A stretch of DNA of 64,000 nt from an uncultured Chloroflexia bacterium. GTDB lineage: Bacteria > Chloroflexota > Limnocylindria > Limnocylindrales > CSP1-4. The stretch spans positions 1,056,001 to 1,120,000 of the forward strand of contig CAVVJT010000010.1 in the NCBI GenBank assembly GCA_963748625.1, read 5' to 3'. Each line of letters opens with the position of its first letter. The stretch's first letter is position 1. Below are positions 46,589-56,038 of this stretch, one piece after another. The position numbers and the translations under genes are program-made. The notes below the pieces were generated by a model that saw nothing but the letters and a program-made list of their open reading frames with translations, searched no databases and was not told the origin of the DNA.

Positions 46589-47382
46589 GCGAGCGCACGA
46601 TCGGCGCGGGCGTACCGGCCCGTCCGGCCTCCTGGGTGACCATGGCCGCGGCACTGACCCGCCACGAGCTGCGCGTGGCCCTGCGCCGCGGCGAGAGCCT
46701 CCTCGTCACGTTCGTGATCCCGGTTGGCGTGCTCCTCGTGTTCTCCACCTTCGACATGGGCGGCGGGGCAGAGGCGCCGACCGGCGTGCCCACTGGTGTC
46801 CAGCGCCTGCTCCCGGGGTCGATCGCGCTCGCGATCATCGCGGCCTCGCTCGTGTCGCTCTCCATCTCCACCGCCTTCGAGCGCCAGTACGGCGTCCTCA
46901 AGCGGCTCGGCGGGAGCCCGGCGGGCGCATCGGTCGTGGTGGCCGCCAAGACCGCCGCCGTCATCATCGTGGAGACGGCGCAGGTCCTGGTGCTCGTGGG
47001 TCTCGCCGTGGGGGCGCTCGGGTTCGTGGCCGGACCGGGGGCATCCGCGCCGCTCGTGGCAGCGGGGCTGGTGGCGGGCACGGTCGCATTCGCCGGGCTC
47101 GGGCTGCTCATGGCGGGGACGCTGCGCGCCGATGCCACCCTCGCCCTCGCGAACCTGCTCTTCCTGCTGGCGCTGGTGCTGGGCGGGATCGTGGTGCCGC
47201 TCGAGCGGCTGCCCGGCGCCGTCGCATCGCTCGCCGAGGTGCTCCCGGCGGCTGCGCTGGTCAAAGTGCTGGCGGTGGGGCTCGGCGCGATCGAGGCCGA
47301 TGCGACCGAGGCGCTCGTGATCCTCGCTGGCTGGGCCGTGGTCCTGGCCGTCCTCGCCGCCCGCAGGTTCTCCTGGGACTGA
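46585..47382 (+). CDS. ABC-2 type permease
   Basis: About 6 TMs; FERQYGVLKRLG; RRFSWD end. Confidence 0.9.
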   Translation: MSERTIGAGVPARPASWVTMAAALTRHELRVALRRGESLLVTFVIPVGVLLVFSTFDMGGGAEAPTGVPTGVQRLLPGSIALAIIAASLVSLSISTAFERQYGVLKRLGGSPAGASVVVAAKTAAVIIVETAQVLVLVGLAVGALGFVAGPGASAPLVAAGLVAGTVAFAGLGLLMAGTLRADATLALANLLFLLALVLGGIVVPLERLPGAVASLAEVLPAAALVKVLAVGLGAIEADATEALVILAGWAVVLAVLAARRFSWD

Positions 47383-47404
47383 GCCCGCGGACACGACGCA
47401 ACCT

Positions 47405-47570
47405 GCAGAAACGACGGACCCCCTGGCCGTCAGGGAGAGGACGGCACAGGGGGTCATGCACCTCGTCCCCCCTCGCCCCGACCGGGGACTCGGGAGCGCT
47501 GGGCACTCGGTGGTCCGGGCTTGCGCCCGTCGCCATCCTCCCCGGATCTCCCGGTCGGGACGGACACCAT
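47405..47570 (-). ncRNA. Candidate structured RNA (long stem with GCAA-capped hairpin, then terminator-like hairpin)
   Basis: Minus strand CCCGACCGGG..GGGAG..CGGGC-GCAA-GCCCG..CTCCC..CCCGGTCGGG, then CCCCTG..GCCGTC..GACGGC..CAGGGG. Confidence 0.35.
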
Positions 47571-47735
47571 CATCGGAGGGCGGGTCCCGGGTTCCATCGG
47601 CACCTGACGGCAGATCGCGCAGCATCCGGTTGCACGAAGGCGGCATCCGAAGCGCGCCGTCGCATGCGTGCCATCCGAAGCAGGTCCGGCTGCGAACCAG
47701 AGGGCACGTACCCATCCCGAGAGGTTCTGCCCGAC

Positions 47736-48536
47736 ATGCCCGCAACCAAGCGATCCGACATCACGCGCCAGGCCGTCACCGTCCTGGCCTTCCTGCTGAC
47801 GATGGCCGTCAACGTGGCCGCCAATGCCGTGCCGTTCAACGGCCAGACGACCCGGGCCATCAGCGACGGGTTCAACGTGTTCATCATCCCGGCCGGCTAC
47901 GTGTTCGCCATCTGGGGCCTGATCTACGTGCTCCTCGGCGCGTTCACCACGTGGCAGGCGCTGCCGCGCAACCGTGAGGACGCGACGCTGCGCCGGCTCG
48001 GCTACCTGCCCGCACTGTCGGGCCTGATCAACAGCGTCTGGCTCCTGCTCTTCCACTACAACGCCTTCATTGTCGCCCTTGGTGTGATCGTGGCACTCCT
48101 CGTGACCCTGATCGCCATCCACCTGCGCCTCTGGGAGCACCGCGCCCAGCTGCGCGGCACGCCGTTCTGGACCGTCCGCGTGCCCTGGTCCGTCTACCTG
48201 GGCTGGGTCACCGTCGCAACCATCACCAACGTCGCGCAGACCCTGTCATCCGTTGGGTTCGACGGCTTCGGCATTGAGCCAGCCCTGATCGCGGCCGTGG
48301 TGCTGGCCGTCGGCATCGCCATCGCGTCCACGTTCGTGCTCAGGTTCCGCGACGCCGCCTACGGCCTGGTGATCGTGTGGGCCTACGTGGGCATCGCGGT
48401 CAAGGAGGCCGACACCATGCTCGTCGCGGGCATGGCCATCCTCGGAGCCCTGATCGTGGGCGCGCTCGTGGTGGCGGCCATCGTCAGCAACCGCGCCTCG
48501 CGCGCGCGGCGTGTGGAGGCCCCCGCCGCCGCCTGA
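47736..48536 (+). CDS. TspO/MBR-related tryptophan-rich membrane protein
   Basis: PAGYVFAIWGLIY; SVYLGWVTVATITN; DAAYGLVIVWAYVGI. Confidence 0.82.
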   Translation: MPATKRSDITRQAVTVLAFLLTMAVNVAANAVPFNGQTTRAISDGFNVFIIPAGYVFAIWGLIYVLLGAFTTWQALPRNREDATLRRLGYLPALSGLINSVWLLLFHYNAFIVALGVIVALLVTLIAIHLRLWEHRAQLRGTPFWTVRVPWSVYLGWVTVATITNVAQTLSSVGFDGFGIEPALIAAVVLAVGIAIASTFVLRFRDAAYGLVIVWAYVGIAVKEADTMLVAGMAILGALIVGALVVAAIVSNRASRARRVEAPAAA

Positions 48537-48615
48537 GCAGGCCGCCGGCGCAGGCACGGCAGAGGAGTGACCGCCGTCAGGGCACGTGGACGGCCGGATG
48601 GCCTATCCTCGGCCC

Positions 48616-49302
48616 GTGACCCGCGCCCACGCCGCCACTCTCGCGCGTCCCCACCTGGGCTCGCTCCGGTTCCTCGCCCTCGCGAGCCTCGGTGTCCTGG
48701 CCGCGCATGACGCGGTCTTCGTGGCCCAGTACGGCCTCGGGGCGGGCTACGACGCCGCGATGGCGCGGACCGCCCACGGCTACTGGCCGGCCTTCATCCT
48801 GCTCACGCTGCTCGTGGGTGCGGCGAGCGCGGTAACGGCCCTGCGCGCGATCACCCACCTTGCGCGGCTGGTGCGGGGGCTCCCTCCGGACAACCCCACC
48901 GTCGGAAGGCCTGCGTACTGGAGCGAGGTCCGCCATCTCTGGCCGCGGCTCTTCGCCGTGGTGGTCGTGGGCTTCCTCGTCCAGGAGAACATCGAGCACG
49001 TCACCAGCGGGAATGGCCTGCCCGGCCTCTGGGCGCTCTCCGCACCCGACTATCCGCTCGCCATCCCCGCCATCCTCGTGGTCACGGGCCTGCTTGCCGC
49101 CGCCGGCGCCTGGATCCAGTGGCGCCGCGAGGTCCTGATCGAGCGCTTGCGTGCCGCCCATGCCGCGGTCCTGCGCCAGCGCCACCACGCGGCCCGCGCC
49201 CCGCATGACCGGTGGGCCCTGCTCGCCGCGCTGCTCGTCCACCGCTGGACCCTCCTCCGTCGAGACGCCGAGCGGGCTCCACCGCTCACCGGCGCCGCCT
49301 GA
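48616..49302 (+). CDS. His-containing multi-TM protein with C-terminal RAPP motif (candidate arrest peptide)
   Basis: AAHD, AHGYW, QENIEH; ends RRDAERAPPLTGAA*; TATCCT 6 nt upstream. Confidence 0.75.
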   Translation: MTRAHAATLARPHLGSLRFLALASLGVLAAHDAVFVAQYGLGAGYDAAMARTAHGYWPAFILLTLLVGAASAVTALRAITHLARLVRGLPPDNPTVGRPAYWSEVRHLWPRLFAVVVVGFLVQENIEHVTSGNGLPGLWALSAPDYPLAIPAILVVTGLLAAAGAWIQWRREVLIERLRAAHAAVLRQRHHAARAPHDRWALLAALLVHRWTLLRRDAERAPPLTGAA

Positions 49303-49392
49303 GCCCACGGTCGCCCCATGGGGTCCGACCGTCTCCCTCGAGCGCACGTCCGGCATTCCGCCGCGTCGTACCGTCCACACCGGAGCAACCGC

Positions 49393-50049
49393 ATGTCCAG
49401 TCCCTTCCCCAAGGCGGGTCGCGCCGCCCGCATCGTCGCCTCGGCCGCCGTGGCGGCGAGCATGCTCGCCGCCTGTGCCGGGTCGTCCGGGACACCCATG
49501 CCGTCGGTGGTGATGGTCGAGACCGTGACGGTCCCCCCGATCGGCTCGCGCGAGACGGCCGTTGACCCGCCGGTGGCGGCACCGCCCCTGGTCCTGATCG
49601 ACCAGGACGGCAAGCCGTTCGACCTCGCCTCCCTCAAGGGTGACGAGCCCGTGTTCGTCTACTTCGGCTACACGCACTGCCCCGACGTCTGCCCCACGAC
49701 CCTCGCGGACATCCGCGCCGGGATCAAGGAGGCGGGCGTGCCGGCCAAGGTGGTCTTCGTGACCATCGACCCGGCCCGCGACGATGCGCCGGCCATGAAG
49801 CAGTACACGGGCTACTACGGCGACGGGTACATCGGGCTCACCGGCACGGCCGTGCAGATCGCTCGAGCGGCTGCGGACTGGGGCGCCAGCTACCGCCAGC
49901 TGCCGTCCGAGTCCGAGAACGGCTACGCCATGGCGCACTCCACTGAAGCCTTCCTGCTCGACGCCGACCTGATGCTGCGGCATCGCATCTTCTTCGGCGC
50001 CGGGCCCGACCTGATCGCAGAGAAGCTGCTCGAGGTCGCCAATCCCTGA
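49393..50049 (+). CDS. SCO1/SenC copper chaperone lipoprotein
   Basis: FGYTHCPDVCP, DPARD and YAMAHS motifs. Confidence 0.93.
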   Translation: MSSPFPKAGRAARIVASAAVAASMLAACAGSSGTPMPSVVMVETVTVPPIGSRETAVDPPVAAPPLVLIDQDGKPFDLASLKGDEPVFVYFGYTHCPDVCPTTLADIRAGIKEAGVPAKVVFVTIDPARDDAPAMKQYTGYYGDGYIGLTGTAVQIARAAADWGASYRQLPSESENGYAMAHSTEAFLLDADLMLRHRIFFGAGPDLIAEKLLEVANP

Positions 50050-50087
50050 CCGCCGTCGCGCGGTCCCTGCCCGAGGAACACGTTCCG

Positions 50088-50624
50088 ATGAAGCTCTCCC
50101 TTCCTGCCCGGCTGGCCGCCCTGCTCGCCGTGGTCGTCATCGCGGGCGCCTGCTCATCCGGGTCCGCCGGTGTCGCCGGCTCCGGGTCGATCGAGGTCAG
50201 CGACGCCTGGGCCCGCACGTCGCCGATGATCGAGGGCGCCGGTGCGGCGTACCTGGTCATCAAGAACACCGGCAGCGAGGCCGACGCGCTGATCGGCGCC
50301 TCGAGCCCGGCCGCCAAGACCACCGAGGTCCACGAGACCTACGTGGTGGAGGCGTCGCCCGCCGCCTCGATGGACGGCGGCATGGCGTCGCCGGCCGCGT
50401 CCACGGAGGCCGGCATGGGCTCCGGCGGCACGATGATGGGCATGCGCCCGATCCCCCGGCTGGACATCCCCGCAGGCGGTACGGTCGAGCTCAAGCCCGG
50501 CAGCTACCACATCATGCTGATCGAGCTCGTCGCGCCGCTCAAGGTGGGCGACAAGATCGACATCACGCTCACGTTCGAGAAGGCCGGCGAGATCAAGGTC
50601 ACCGCCGAAGTCAAGGACATGTGA
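50088..50624 (+). CDS. PCu(A)C copper chaperone
   Basis: DAWAR, EVHET, MGMR and PGSYHIML motifs. Confidence 0.92.
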   Translation: MKLSLPARLAALLAVVVIAGACSSGSAGVAGSGSIEVSDAWARTSPMIEGAGAAYLVIKNTGSEADALIGASSPAAKTTEVHETYVVEASPAASMDGGMASPAASTEAGMGSGGTMMGMRPIPRLDIPAGGTVELKPGSYHIMLIELVAPLKVGDKIDITLTFEKAGEIKVTAEVKDM

Positions 50625-50737
50625 TCAGGCGCAGGACCCATCGGGGTCCTACGTCCCTGCAAAGCTCGCAGTCGTCGTCGCCGCCGTCGGGTCGTCCCGC
50701 GGCGGCGACGCCGCGTCCGGTGGTGCGCCGCCCAAGT

Positions 50738-51904
50738 TCAGTCGAAGGCGAGTCCCTGCAGGATCGTCGCGAGACCCTCGAGCCGCAGGTCGTAGAGATC
50801 ACCCGGCTTCCCGATCGCCTCGAGCACCAGGCTGCCCGGGTCGCCCAGGTCGACGATGACCACCGTCTGGCGCACGCCCTTCTCGAAGTAGCCGGTCCCG
50901 TTGTTCTTGAGCTCAAGGGCCGTCGCATCACGGTCCCCGAGGGTCCCTGACTCGGCCTGGAGCACCGACGTCGACGGCGATCCCTTGTAGTCCTTGACGA
51001 GGCGCGCGTAGGGTGTCGACTCGACCCGCACGATCACCGCCACATCGGGCAGCTCCGTTGCCTCCCCCACGAAGACCGGGCTGGGATCGAACAGCATGCA
51101 CGACCATTCCGATCCGTCCGAGAGCGTGCTCCACCCCACCGGGTACGACACCGTGAAGAACCCGACGTCGGAGTGGCAGCTCGGGAGGGCGCCCGACGGA
51201 TCATCGGTCGGACGAGGCTCGGCGGTGGGAAGGGGTCCAGCGGTGGGCGGTGGCTCGGTGCTGACGAGTGGCGCGAGCGTCCGGGCTGCGGTGGTCGACG
51301 CCGCTGTGGGCGATGCGTCTGGAACGATGGCGGGACCGACCGTCGGGATCAGCGTCAGCTGCGGCACGCCGCCACTGGCCAGGGCGACCGGGCCCGGCGA
51401 CGGGCTGCCGAACGGCTTGAGGACCACGATGCCGATGACCGCCACCGCGGCCGCCACCAGGAGCAGCCCGATGACGAGCTTTCCGGCACCCGACCCACCC
51501 GATCGCGGTCCGCCAGGCGGCTGCCCGTGGGGCATGGATCCACTCGGCGGATGCGCACCGGATCCTGGCGGCGTTCCCCAGCGGGGCAGGGCGGCAGGTG
51601 GGGCGACGTCGGGGGGCAGAGGGGACGGAGGCACGTGCGGCTGGCCCCAGGCGGGCGGGGCTGGCGATGGGGTGGCGGTTGGCGGCGCGGGTGCGGGCTG
51701 GCCCCAGGTGGGCGGGGCTGGCACATTCGCTGGAGCGGGCGGGGCTGGCACACCCGCTGGAGCGGGCAGCGGTGCCATGGCCGAAGCAGCCTGGCCTTGG
51801 ACCTGCGCCGGAGCGTCCGCCGCGACAATGGTCGCCCCGCACACGCCACAGAAGTGCTGGTCCGCCACCATGGCGGGGTGGCCGTTGACGCAGGCCAAGG
51901 TCAT
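50738..51904 (-). CDS. Zinc-ribbon, Pro-rich linker, TM and extracellular PsbP-like domain protein
   Basis: CVNGH..FCGVCG; TM LVIGLLLVAAAVAVIGIVV; FTVSYPVGW. Confidence 0.75.
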   Translation of the reverse strand: MTLACVNGHPAMVADQHFCGVCGATIVAADAPAQVQGQAASAMAPLPAPAGVPAPPAPANVPAPPTWGQPAPAPPTATPSPAPPAWGQPHVPPSPLPPDVAPPAALPRWGTPPGSGAHPPSGSMPHGQPPGGPRSGGSGAGKLVIGLLLVAAAVAVIGIVVLKPFGSPSPGPVALASGGVPQLTLIPTVGPAIVPDASPTAASTTAARTLAPLVSTEPPPTAGPLPTAEPRPTDDPSGALPSCHSDVGFFTVSYPVGWSTLSDGSEWSCMLFDPSPVFVGEATELPDVAVIVRVESTPYARLVKDYKGSPSTSVLQAESGTLGDRDATALELKNNGTGYFEKGVRQTVVIVDLGDPGSLVLEAIGKPGDLYDLRLEGLATILQGLAFD

Positions 51905-51941
51905 GCCGTCTCCCTGTCGATGGTCACGCCGGTCAGCTGCC

Positions 51942-54488
51942 TCACGCCTGAAACGTGAGCCCGTACGGTCCGATCCCGACGACATCGCCGGGCCGCAGCC
52001 ATGTCGGACCCGTGATCTGGACGCCGTTGACCCACGTCCCGCCGGCGCTGCCGACGTCGGCGATGACGAATGCCTGGCCTGTCGCGTACACCTGGGCGTG
52101 GCGCGGGCTCACGCGGGGATCGGCGAGCACGATCGTGCAGTCCGGCGCGCTCCCGAGCACCTGGCTCGCAGCCAGCGGGAAGCGAGGGGCCGCCGGGTCC
52201 CCAGGCGCGCCGAACACCAGGACCGGCGCCTGCGGAGACGATGGCCCAACCCCACTGCCGATGGCAGGCGCGGCGGCGCCCCAAGACGACGGCTGCTGGG
52301 CAGGCCAGCCGGACCCCCCGCCCCATGCCGTCGGCTGCTGGGCAGCCCAGCCGGACGCCTGCTGGCCATTCCAGGCCTGCGCGGCAGCGACGGCTGCCTG
52401 CCGCCGGCGACGTGAGCGGCGCATCGCCAGCAGGAGCACCAGCACCAGGAGGGCGGTCACGACGCCGCCGACCACGAGCGGCCGGAGATCCGGGCCGAGC
52501 GGCTGGATCGCCGCGATCGTGCTCTCGAGTGCCTCGACCACCCTGTCCGCGTCCTCGGCGCGGAACATGGAGCCCTTCGTCCGGTCCGCGAGGTCCTGGA
52601 ACGCGACCTCGGCCTCGGGGCTGAAGTCCCCCTCGTTGCCGACCAGCACAGCGTGGATGACGACCGGGTCCGCGTCCTCCGCTGCCTTGGCCACGATCGC
52701 CGGCGTGAAGCCCTCGCGACTCGGCGAGTGCGGGGGTGCGTCGCCCATGAGGATGATGTTCTTGCTCACGTTCGGCCGCCAGCCGCCGATCGCCTTGGAG
52801 TCGATCGCCCGCATGAGCGCTTCGAACACGGCCTCCGGCTCGTCACCGCCGCCAGCGACGGACAAGCCGTTGATGTTGCCCACGATCGTGGACTGGTCGG
52901 ACGAGAACGCGTAGTCCTGGAACGTCTCCAGGCCCTCCTCCTCGTCCCAGTCACGGAACGCGACCACCGCCACCCGGTACCCCGGGTCCTTGGCGGCAAG
53001 CCGCCCGACGATGGCAGAGGCAGCCGACTTCACGCTCGCGATGTCGTCGTCCATGCTGGAGGTGACGTCGATGCAGAGCACGAGGTCGATCAGACCTGCG
53101 GGTGTCCCGAGCGGCTTCGTCACCTTCGCATACCCGAGGTCGGGAGTCGTGGTGAACGAGCCGATGGTCTCAAGTGTGAGCGAGCACGCGTCCGGCTTCT
53201 CGGCCTTGACCTTCCAGCTGATCGACTCGTCGTGCGTGACGGCACCTGCGATCGGCTGCTGCTCCGGCCCCTCCACCGAGCAGCCCGATGCCCGGAGGCG
53301 CACCTGGACACCCGTCGCCGCCTCGGCTGCCTTGTTGTCGATGACCGCGGTGACCTTGTAGACCTGCGGTTCGGTGTCGCTCTCGACCCGGAGGCTCGGG
53401 CGGAGCGCCGAGAATGAGGCCCGCCAGATCGTCGCCACCGACGAGATCGCGTGGTTGAGGGCGTCCTTCTCCTCGAGCGCCCGTGCTGCGAGGTTGTCGC
53501 TCGTCTCGGTGGCGGCGGCGATCGCGAGCGCCTCGACCTGCGCATCCTGCCCGGCTCCCGGGCTGTCGAAGCGCGGGACCGCGTTGCGCCAGCGGCTGTC
53601 GTACCCGGCCACCGTGCCCGCGTCGTGCCCGACGGCGCCTTCCCAGGCGATGTGGCTCGACGTCTTGATTGTGGCCGGCCAGGTCCCGTTGTAGTACCAG
53701 GGGTCGAACCAGTCGAGATAGGTCTTCCCGCCGCCGACCGTTGGGACCTCGGATGCGCCGGCCGCGGGCGTCGGCGCGGGCGTCGGGAGCTCGCCCGACG
53801 GCGTGGCAATGCTCAGGTACCGCCAGACCTCGGTCTTGAAGTTCTCCGAGCCAAGCCAGCTCCAGTCCTTGACCTGGCAGCCATAGCAGAGCTCGATCGG
53901 ACCAAACGCCTCGGGAGGGAGCGTGATGTTCCACGCCCACCAGGAGCCGCCCTGGTCCTTGTACAGCTGGGCTATCTGTGCGCGGGGCATGCCGACGACA
54001 TGGAACGGCACGTACATGTCGGCCATGAAGTGGCCGGCCCAGGCCGCCCCCTGGCCGGCCCCTGCGACATCGCCCTTCGCCTGCGCCCCCACGAGCGAGT
54101 TGAACATCGTTGCCGAGGCCCGCGGGCCATTGCCCTTGTCGGCGCCGGGGAGCTTGGGGTTGTAGTAGTGCCAGGAGTAGGGCGTCGCGCCGTCGCTGTC
54201 CGGGCCCGGACCCACCATGAAGTCGAACCACGCCTCGGACGTGCCCGACCAGTTGACGCCCTCGTTCGCATCGACCTGCGCCTTGGTCGGGAACAGGTCG
54301 GCGGAGAACGCCGGGTCCGCGCTGAGCACGGCCATCGCCTGCTCGTCGATCCACTGGTGGGTCGTGGCCGGCGCCACGGCGCCCCACGCAGCGACGTCCG
54401 CGGGCGCCACCGCCGGGCCTGCGAGCAGCCCAACCGCAATCGGCAGCAAGAGGTATGGCACCACCCGACGACGATCGGCCGAACGCAC
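51942..54488 (-). CDS. Signal peptide, Zn-phospholipase C/P1-nuclease fold, beta-sandwich, vWA, TM and FHA multidomain protein
   Basis: AA|WG..THQ, PD, HYYNP, GHFMADMYVPFH, HIAWE; DVTSSM MIDAS, GGGDEPE, GDAPPH; VSPRHA..GTWVNG. Confidence 0.8.
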   Translation of the reverse strand: MRSADRRRVVPYLLLPIAVGLLAGPAVAPADVAAWGAVAPATTHQWIDEQAMAVLSADPAFSADLFPTKAQVDANEGVNWSGTSEAWFDFMVGPGPDSDGATPYSWHYYNPKLPGADKGNGPRASATMFNSLVGAQAKGDVAGAGQGAAWAGHFMADMYVPFHVVGMPRAQIAQLYKDQGGSWWAWNITLPPEAFGPIELCYGCQVKDWSWLGSENFKTEVWRYLSIATPSGELPTPAPTPAAGASEVPTVGGGKTYLDWFDPWYYNGTWPATIKTSSHIAWEGAVGHDAGTVAGYDSRWRNAVPRFDSPGAGQDAQVEALAIAAATETSDNLAARALEEKDALNHAISSVATIWRASFSALRPSLRVESDTEPQVYKVTAVIDNKAAEAATGVQVRLRASGCSVEGPEQQPIAGAVTHDESISWKVKAEKPDACSLTLETIGSFTTTPDLGYAKVTKPLGTPAGLIDLVLCIDVTSSMDDDIASVKSAASAIVGRLAAKDPGYRVAVVAFRDWDEEEGLETFQDYAFSSDQSTIVGNINGLSVAGGGDEPEAVFEALMRAIDSKAIGGWRPNVSKNIILMGDAPPHSPSREGFTPAIVAKAAEDADPVVIHAVLVGNEGDFSPEAEVAFQDLADRTKGSMFRAEDADRVVEALESTIAAIQPLGPDLRPLVVGGVVTALLVLVLLLAMRRSRRRRQAAVAAAQAWNGQQASGWAAQQPTAWGGGSGWPAQQPSSWGAAAPAIGSGVGPSSPQAPVLVFGAPGDPAAPRFPLAASQVLGSAPDCTIVLADPRVSPRHAQVYATGQAFVIADVGSAGGTWVNGVQITGPTWLRPGDVVGIGPYGLTFQA

Positions 54489-54745
54489 GACCGGACCTCC
54501 TCGCTCCCTCCCGGACAGAGCACGCGGCAGATCGCGCTCGATCCGTCCGACGCTGCGAAGTCAACGCCGGGCCCCGGGCGGAGGCAAGTGCCCAATCGGG
54601 TGTATCGGGCGGGTCACACGATCGTCGCCGCTCCAGGGCGCCTGTGCCAGCCCTGCCGCCGGAGGACCCCACCTGCGTCGGCGGCGGGGCAGGACCGCGG
54701 AAGCGTCCGGGCTCGACCGGCCGGAACCTGGCCCCGGACAAGCAG

Positions 54746-54777
54746 AAACCCCGGGGTGGTCGGGTCCCGGGGTTTCA
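54746..54777 (-). terminator. Terminator downstream of the tRNA
   Basis: GAAACCCCGGG..CCCGGGGTTTC inverted repeat. Confidence 0.75.
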
Positions 54778-54790
54778 GAGGAAGATGCGA

Positions 54791-54866
<76 letters not shown>

Positions 54867-54877
54867 TGGGACTGCGG

Positions 54878-54906
54878 AGTCTACCGGAGGTCGACCTAGG
54901 CGTCAA
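54878..54906 (-). promoter_or_regulatory. Sigma70-type promoter of the tRNA
   Basis: TTGACG-N17-TAGACT. Confidence 0.8.
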
Positions 54907-54944
54907 AGAAGGCCCCCGGCCCTAGCCCAGACTCGGGTGCAGTT

Positions 54945-55033
54945 GGTGCGCGGTCCGCCCCGGCTCCCGGTGCGCGGTCCGCCCCGGCTCCCGGTGCGCG
55001 GTCCGCCCCGGCTCCCGGTGCGCGGTCCGCCCC
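54945..55033. repeat. 24-bp tandem repeat GGTGCGCGGTCCGCCCCGGCTCCC x3.7
   Basis: Direct reading; variant copy near 55157. Confidence 0.9.
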
Positions 55034-55186
55034 ACGTGGGGGCCAAATCCGCGGGTCGTGAGCGTGGTCCGGGCGCGAAAGTCGGGGTTTGCGACGCAGA
55101 CCGTGCGTGAAGGAGTGCGCGATGCCCCACAGGTGGGGCAAGTGTGGGAGACCGTGCCCGGTGCGCAGTCCGCCCCACGCTCTCGG

Positions 55187-56038
55187 TCACGCGTCGAGTG
55201 CCGCCACCCGGGCCGCAAGCGCGCCCTGCCACGTGGCGATCGCCTCCGGCCACCAGGCATCCAGGAAGCGCTCTGAGCCGTACCACTCGGTGCCGATGGC
55301 CTGGCCGTGGTCGGCGTCATCGAACACGATGGAGCGTGCGCCCGGCAGCAGCGCGCACTCCACTGGGATCAGCCCGTCCCCGGCGATCTCAGCGGCGGCG
55401 TCCGCCGCCACAGGGTCCGGCACCAGGGCCCGGTAGAAGCCCCACGCCCGACGCTCCCCCGCCGTGCCGTGCGGCCGCCCGGTCGTCCGGCGAGAGGCGA
55501 TCGCCAGGTAGCCGGTGCCCGGTTCGAATGCAGGACCCGGGACCACGCGGTTCGCAAAGGATGCTGCCTCGACGGCGGCGCGCTGCCGGGAGTCCGCGAG
55601 CGAGACCACGTGCGGCGTGCCCAGGGTGACAAGCGCCCCGATCCGCCCGGATGCGTTGAGGTACCGGCCGGCGAAGGGTTCGGGCGACGTGAGCAGGCGC
55701 GCGGACATCCCGCCCGCGGAGTGGCCGATGACCAGCACCGGCGCGCCAAGGGCGACGATCTCGGAACTCGCCGAGGCCGCCAGCAGCCCCCGGCCCGAAC
55801 GGGTCGCGATCGGCCCCAGCCCACGCCGCGCCGCCAGGAGCCAGTCCATGGTCCACACGTTGCCGACGACCACGTCGGCCGCGCCGCGGGCACGGAGCCG
55901 CGCCGCGAACCGCCGGTAGACGGGCGGCGAGGTGAGGAAGCCGCCGAGGACCAGGACGACTGGCGCGGGCGGGCGGCCGTCGCGCACGGCGGCGACCCAC
56001 GGGCGCTCGGGACGGGCCGAAGGGCGCTCGGCGTTCAT
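55187..56038 (-). CDS. Alpha/beta hydrolase (lipase/PGAP1-like)
   Basis: IGHSAGG, TLGTPH and GDGLIP motifs. Confidence 0.85.
   Translation of the reverse strand: MNAERPSARPERPWVAAVRDGRPPAPVVLVLGGFLTSPPVYRRFAARLRARGAADVVVGNVWTMDWLLAARRGLGPIATRSGRGLLAASASSEIVALGAPVLVIGHSAGGMSARLLTSPEPFAGRYLNASGRIGALVTLGTPHVVSLADSRQRAAVEAASFANRVVPGPAFEPGTGYLAIASRRTTGRPHGTAGERRAWGFYRALVPDPVAADAAAEIAGDGLIPVECALLPGARSIVFDDADHGQAIGTEWYGSERFLDAWWPEAIATWQGALAARVAALDA

Noticed and set aside
50700-54790. Integrative element at tRNA-fMet
   Set aside because: No integrase and no duplicated tRNA 3' end (att site) seen in the window.
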